Source of the DNA: the human T2T-CHM13v2.0 reference genome, Homo sapiens
Direction: 5' to 3' (one strand)
Assembly: GCF_009914755.1 (NCBI RefSeq)
Contig: NC_060940.1
Length of the DNA: 64,000 bases
Shown: piece after piece, positions 57,258 to 64,000 of the stretch
How the letters are laid out: every line of letters begins with the position of its first letter
Position numbering within the stretch: position 1 is the first letter of the stretch
The notes under the pieces: model-generated
Database searches by the model: none
What the model was told of the DNA's origin: nothing
What the model saw: only the letters and a program-made list of their open reading frames with translations
Program-made: the position numbers and the translations under genes

Positions 57258-58906
57258 TCAATAACTGATTGATAAGAGAACTAAGGGGAAGAATATGGGT
57301 GGATGAGTGATTTTATTGGAGAATGCATGGATGAAGGGCATAGTAATAAAGCGATTACTAACTAAATGAGATTCTCAGCCATCCTTCCATTTATGTTTCA
57401 ATGCACATTAAATGTTTTAAACAAATGGATGAATAAACTAATAGATGCACTGGTGAGTGGGTAGGCTTCAAGAACCACAGTGTCTATCGCGAAAGATAGA
57501 TCTGGGAAAAAAACTAACAAGTTATTCTTTCCCAGGGTGTTACTCCTTATTTTGCACTAAAGCAGGCATAGGCGTTGGAAGTTAAACTTTAATTCCAAGA
57601 GATTCTTCTATAAAGAGTTTTGGTACATATTTGATTTTCATCAACACAATATCTCTTTATGAATTCCCTAAACCCCCCCCCACCACCTCTCTCTCTTTTT
57701 CACTCTTGATAGGTAGATGAATAGAGATATAGATATGTGTATAGATATGGATACCGATATCCATCCATTCTATAAAGAAAGCAGAAGTTTTCAACAAATA
57801 AACACCCAGTGAAGTAATAAATGATGAAATAAGAATAAGACTGAAAAATACACCCAGGTTTATCAGCCAAACAAAAGAAGTGGATCTTACAGAGATATGG
57901 ATATTTAACACAGATAAAACAGATATTCAGAAAATTTTCCAAAGGGCGAGCCACAGAGGAACATTAGATTGTACTGTCAAAAAGTGTGAAATCCTGACAG
58001 AATGTTATATCAGTGCTCTTTATGTTTCAAAGAGCTTGATTAACAAGAGTACTAATAGGAGCTGAAAATATGAGATAGATTTCTCATACAGTAATCACAA
58101 TCACTTGCAAAACAGGATGCATCTTGTTACTCAAATAAGTGACAATAGCACAGCGGGAAGGAACACAGTAGATAACCAAATAACAGTCATCTACTATGAA
58201 ATTCCGTATTTATAAAAGGAGTATGGGGCAATCAAAATGCTATGAACTTGGAAGAACATTACAATTGAGGTTTTTAAAAAAAAAGACTACATAAAACTGG
58301 AGTTTCATTTGGGCCATAAAATAGGAGGGTGACAATGGCACATCATGTTTTTTTCTGTGTCAAAATGCTTGATTTTAACTTAGCTGTGTTGCTTACTCCT
58401 ACTTCTTGAGCAATAAACTGTCTCATTTAAAGCTTTGGAAGAATGCAGAAGCTTGTGACAAAAATCCCTGCTTCAAAGAAATCATCACATTTTCGAGTTT
58501 CTGTCATGATTACTCAATGAATGGATGAATGGGTTGATGGATGGCTAGGTGAAGGGCTAATCAGATAGATAAGATAATTGGGATGAAGAGAATGGATAGA
58601 CAAATGATTTTACTGAGGAATGTATGGGTGGATGAAAGAGAGAATGGCAGCATGACTAACTAAAGAAATTCTCAAACATCCTTCCTTTTGGATAAGTGAA
58701 AATCAAAAGACCTGGGTTGAATTACAGTGACCAGATATGATCTTGGGCAGGTCACCTACATTTTTTAATATTAATTTCCTTTTATTCAAATGTTATTAAT
58801 AAGGCCATCAGCACCACAGTCAAAAATCTTCTCAGATTATCCTACAGATAATATATACATGAAAGCTTTTTTATACAACTACTCTCTCAAATATCATTAC
58901 CCCATA

Positions 58907-59563
58907 TAGCTTGACTTCCATATCCGTGGGTCCTGCATTCATGTATTCAAACAATCACAAACAGAAAATATTTTTAAAAAGAAAACAATTTTTAAAACAC
59001 AGCAATAAAAACTAATATTCAATTTTTTAAAAATACAGTGTAATAACTACTTACATAGCATTTATATACTATTGGGTATGATAAGTACAAGTTGAATATC
59101 CCTTATGCTAAATGTTTGGGAATAGAAGTGTTTCAGATTTTGGATTTTTAGAAAACTTCAACAATTTGCATAGACATAATGAGATATCTTGGGGATGAGA
59201 CTTAAGTCTAAACACAAAATTCATTTATGTTTCATATACACATTATACATACAGCCGGAAGGTATTTTATAAAATAGTTTTAATAATTTTGTGCACCAGT
59301 CACATGAGGTCAGGTGTCAGATTTTCTACTGGTGGAATCATCTTGGTAATCAAAAAGTTTTAAATTTTGAGAGATTACAGATTTCAGATTTTCAATTAGG
59401 GATGCTCAATTTGTCATCTAGATTATTTAAAATATACAGGAGGATGTACATAGGTTATATGCAAATCCTATGCCAGTGTTTATAAGTAACTTGAGCATTT
59501 GTGGATTTTGGAATCCTTGGAGACTCCTGGAACCAACCTCTCATGGATACTGAAAAACACCTA
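58907..59563. mobile_element. Tigger3/MER2-like element with a nested Tigger4/MER46-like element (59088-59413)
   Basis: Host ccatatccgtggg...catggatactga is interrupted at a TA by caagttgaatatccct ... agggatgctcaatttg inverted termini. Confidence 0.75.
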
Positions 59564-59934
59564 TTATGCAGATTTGGAAATGGTGCCTAGTATGCCATCG
59601 GGTCATTCTAATTAAATGCTAATAATATAGCCTGCACCACTGAAAAGTGTGTGGTGTGTTTGTGTGTGTGTGCATGTGTACGTTTCTCCCTTCTCCATTC
59701 CACAAACAAAACTTGAAATTTGGCTGAAAACTAAAAACCAAACAAAACTTCAAAGGAAACCTGACAACCAAAGACGCCCTCTCACTATTTCACACTAAAT
59801 AGATCTTTCACACATAAATAAAACTGTTGGAAATATGTATAACTCCTACATTAATAATAATATTAATATTTTATGAAAATAGAGTATTTTGTTCCATTTC
59901 TAATCAAAAACAAAAATAATCATTTCAAGCCCAC

Positions 59935-60340
59935 TGTTATAGGCTAAATTATTTTCCATCAAAATCCATATGTTGAAGCCCTAACCCCCAATAACTCATA
60001 ACATAACAGGATTTGGAGACAAGACCTTTAAACAAAAATGATTATGTTGAAATAAGGCTGTTAGGTTCCTCATCCAATCTGACTGGTGTCTTTATAAGAA
60101 GAGGTAATTTGGACCCATATAGAGAGAGCAGGGATGTGAGTGCACAGAGGAAAGACCGTGTCAGGACACAGAGAGAAGGCACCCATCACAAACCAAGGAG
60201 AGAAGTCTCGGAAAATAACAAATCTGCTGAAACTTTGATCTTGGACTTCTAGCCTCCAGCACCACGAGAAAATAAATTTCTGTTGCTTAAGTCACCCAGT
60301 CTGTGGCATTTTGGTAATGCAGCCCAAGCAAGCTCATACA
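59935..60340 (+). mobile_element. MLT1B-like MaLR LTR
   Basis: tgttataggctaaatt...ttggacttctagcctccag...aaataaatttctgttgcttaagtcacccagtctgtgg. Confidence 0.8.
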
Positions 60341-60435
60341 TCTTCCTAAAGCATACTAATTATCAATGAATACCTTATAGATGCAAAATGATGGCTGCAG
60401 TTTGCAGTGATACTATGCATAGATATGATTCTAGG

Positions 60436-61044
60436 TGTGGTAGGTGGGATAGTATCCATTCCCTAATTCCCAGACTTGTAAATATGTGCTTTACCTGTCA
60501 AGAGAGATTTTGCAGATGTGACTAAATTAAGCACCTTGAGGTAGGGAGATTTTTTTTTTCTGGATTATCCAAGTAAAACCAATCTAATCACATGAATCCT
60601 TAAAAGAAGTTTTTCTCTTGTATTCAGAAGAAGATCTGACTGCACAATAGTCAGTGAGATGTGACCTTCCTGACTTTGACAATGCAAGAATGATGCCACC
60701 AACATGGCACATGTATACATATGTAACAAACCTGCACGTTGTGCACATGTACCCTAGAACTGAAAGTATAATAATAATAATAAAAAGAGTTAAAAAAAAA
60801 AAAAAAAGAATGATGCCACTAGCCAAGAAATGTATGGGGTCTTTTAGAAGGCTGACAAAGCAAGGATCCAGATTTTCCCCAGAGGCGCTAGAAAGAAACG
60901 CAACCCAGTCAGACACTTTTATCTTGGTCCCGTGAGACCTGTGTTAGACTTCTAACTGACAGAATTATAAGATAATGCATTTGTTTCATTTTAAGCCACT
61001 AAATTTGTAATAATTAGTCACAGCAACAACAGAGAGCCAATACA
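60436..61044 (+). mobile_element. MLT1D-like MaLR LTR interrupted by a short L1
   Basis: gattttgcagatgtgactaaattaag ... ttaagccactaaatttg...ccaataca. Confidence 0.78.
60700..60805 (+). mobile_element. Very short young L1PA 3' end insertion
   Basis: caacatggcacatgtatacatatgtaacaaacctgcacgttgtgcacatgtaccctagaac plus tail; perfect 14-bp TSD aagaatgatgccac at 60686-60699 and 60806-60819. Confidence 0.93.
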
Positions 61045-62280
61045 GTATTTTCAATTAATGTAAGTAATAGAATTGTTGATGTGTTGACATGTTTACATAT
61101 GAAGTAGCTAGTGACTTTGGGTAAACCTTGTATCCTTTCTAATTGTACCTTCCTTCCTTTGTAAAATAAGAGAAGGGGTACTAAATTACTTTTTCGATGT
61201 TTTCTAGCTCAAATAGCCTGTGAATATTTGGACACATCCTTCCTGTTTGCATGGCTACAGTCGGAAAATATACTGCTACCACAGCTACCCAGACATAGAA
61301 GAAAATCCATTCATGTGACTTTTCAGCCATTTCTTCAAGAATACTAATTGAGAGTATCCCTATCCTAGATATATTATATTCATTGTCTATTATTTCATTT
61401 AATTATCACAACTCTATGAGGCACATACAAAATTCTCATTTTACATATTCCAGAAACTGAAGATTTGAGATTTAATTGTTTGCTCAATATCACATGTAGC
61501 AAGTGATAAAAAAATGATTCAAACCCAAGACTATTAGCTTCTCAAGCCCATGCCTGTTTCATTGTTTCAACATTACGCACCAGAACCAAGTACGGGACAG
61601 AAAAAGATAAAAGTCAGCACCTGAAACCAAGGACTCCACTGTTCACAAAACTAGGTGTTTAGTGTTTTGTTTTTAAAGATACATTTTATATATTCCCTGT
61701 TTGCTCAATAGTCTTGCGAAGTTAAATCTAAGGTAAGAGTTTTCATCACTGCGGCAGGGAGTGACCTCTGAAAACCAGTAATACCCAATTAACAGCACAG
61801 GGTCTGACGTCACCATACTCCCCTGTGGAGAAGAGGCTAAGGATTGAGGTGAGTGGAACAGAACTTCCCCTTTCAAGAAGAATAAGCTTTTGGGAAATCT
61901 AGCAAACCTAGAAGATGGAGGTAGAAAGGTAGGGGGTGGGGCATTTGCAGAAAACAATGACAAGATGAAGAATTACTAGCTGTACTTGGCAAATCAGACC
62001 CTATCAATGGGAAATACTGATTTCAGTGATCATATATTAATACCACCCGTTAACAAATACACAGATAAAACCTTTCTTTGCACATTCAACCGTATCAGTA
62101 ATATAATGGCACTGATTCAGTACATAACAGATGCTCACTATATAATTCTGAATATAGGAAAAAGCTCGATTCTCTCATTCCTTCCTCCAAGTATTTCTAT
62201 ATATTTGAGATAGACAAAAATAGATGCATATGTGCATTCACGACTTCTTTATCCACTCTGATTATTAAAAACATTGTGTC

Positions 62281-62827
<547 letters not shown>

Positions 62828-63108
62828 TTACTTTCAATATTGGTGCATTTGAGGAGAGAAAAAATATTGGGGGACACGTTATTAATGTAAAAGACTGTCA
62901 GAAACACCAGAGGGAGACTCGGATTCCAAAAGTTTCTTTAAATGATAAATATGTAGACTTCACTTTGTCATATTATGAAGTGCTGACATTAAAGAAATAA
63001 ATTGATTTTTAATTATTTTTGCATGTGAGAACTGAGGGTACTTTGAAAGTGACCTTGTGCTAGGATAAAGTCTTGTTGCAGTTCAGCATTGCACAAATTA
63101 TTTACCTA

Positions 63109-63112
<4 letters not shown>

Positions 63113-63159
<47 letters not shown>
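63113..63159. repeat. (TG)n microsatellite
   Basis: Directly visible, uninterrupted. Confidence 0.96.
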
Positions 63160-63162
<3 letters not shown>

Positions 63163-63306
63163 ATGTCTGTCCTTGCAAGTTGGGAGTAGGAGGAGAGAAC
63201 TGGGGAGAGAGGATGGAAGGATGGAATGCCGCTGTGTTCCTGCTGGCTGAGTTTTAGTCATCTATAGGTAAGGTTTTTTTAAAATACCTGGTCATTTTCT
63301 TCAGGG

Positions 63307-63809
63307 TGCAGGACAATTTTCTGGATGGCCTTGAACCAATTCAGTTCTCCCTGCTTTCTCTCCTGTACTGTTCAAGAATAACTGTAGAATGTGATGGGAA
63401 TGCAACATCCTGAGATATGGAAAGACTGGTCAGACAGCCTGGGCTCTGTTCCTGTCCCTCCTACAAACAAGATGCCCTTCAACATTTGAGCCTAGTGTGT
63501 CCTGTTCCCCAGGTTATAAATCCTAAGGCAGACTGTTTTCTGGGGTCCCTTGGTAGCAGTACAAGTGGGGCATGCACAGACGAGACTTCATCCACCCTGT
63601 GCAGCATTACTGAGCCTTGGAGATAGGCTCATCATGAATCCTAGGCTTCTGTTGTCCCTTGCTGCCTATCTGTAAGTAACAAATCCACATGTTGTAGCTT
63701 GTTATGTATGTGAACATTCTATCTCACCAGACTCAGGCAAGGAGTAAAAGTACAGCCCAAGATGCAGTGAACTGAAGTGGTACCTAGTACATAGTGAACC
63801 TTCTTTGCA
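63307..63809 (+). mobile_element. ERVL-class solo LTR (LTR47-like)
   Basis: TG...CA termini with 5-bp TSD CAGGG (63302-63306, 63810-63814); TATA-like ttataaa; subfamily name from memory. Confidence 0.65.
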
Positions 63810-64000
63810 CAGGGTACTGAACAATTCTGGCAAGAAGTAAAGCTGTAAAGTTGGTGACAAGATCTTCCCTACATCTACAGGAACTGCCTCTGTGAGGACT
63901 TTAGACCTAAGCCCTGGAAGAAACAGGGGTGTCAAGAGTAGCAGAACTCGTAGAATAGTCCATAGACCCCTGGCGATCTCTAAGACTCTTCCCAGGCAAC

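Noticed and set aside
58807-58823. Partial REST/RE1-like motif (atcagcaccacagtcaa)
   Set aside because: The right half-site lacks the GGACAG core; too degenerate to call.

Overview
Primate (human-like) genomic DNA from inside the type II classical cadherin gene CDH8, transcribed on the minus strand. Only two coding exons are present: a 295-bp exon (47228-47522, most of EC1 and the start of EC2) and a 120-bp exon (3179-3298, EC2), separated by a 43.9-kb intron. The ORF track captures part of the first exon and misses the second. The rest is AT-rich intron containing Alu, L1, L2/MIR, MaLR/ERV LTRs, Tigger/hAT/mariner DNA transposons and microsatellites. No prokaryote-type system, CRISPR array or RNA gene is supported. 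The most unusual structure is a set of short, direct, locally templated duplications. The clearest is a MER1B hAT transposon whose interior holds two stitched copies of nearby intronic DNA. Other notable items are a likely L1 3' transduction, a very young 109-bp tandem duplication at a deletion-like junction, a full MADE1 hairpin, an AluYd-type insertion, and a tandem ACUAAY (SF1/QKI) motif at the branch point of the 295-bp exon. Repeat subfamily names come from recalled consensus sequences, not from a database search.
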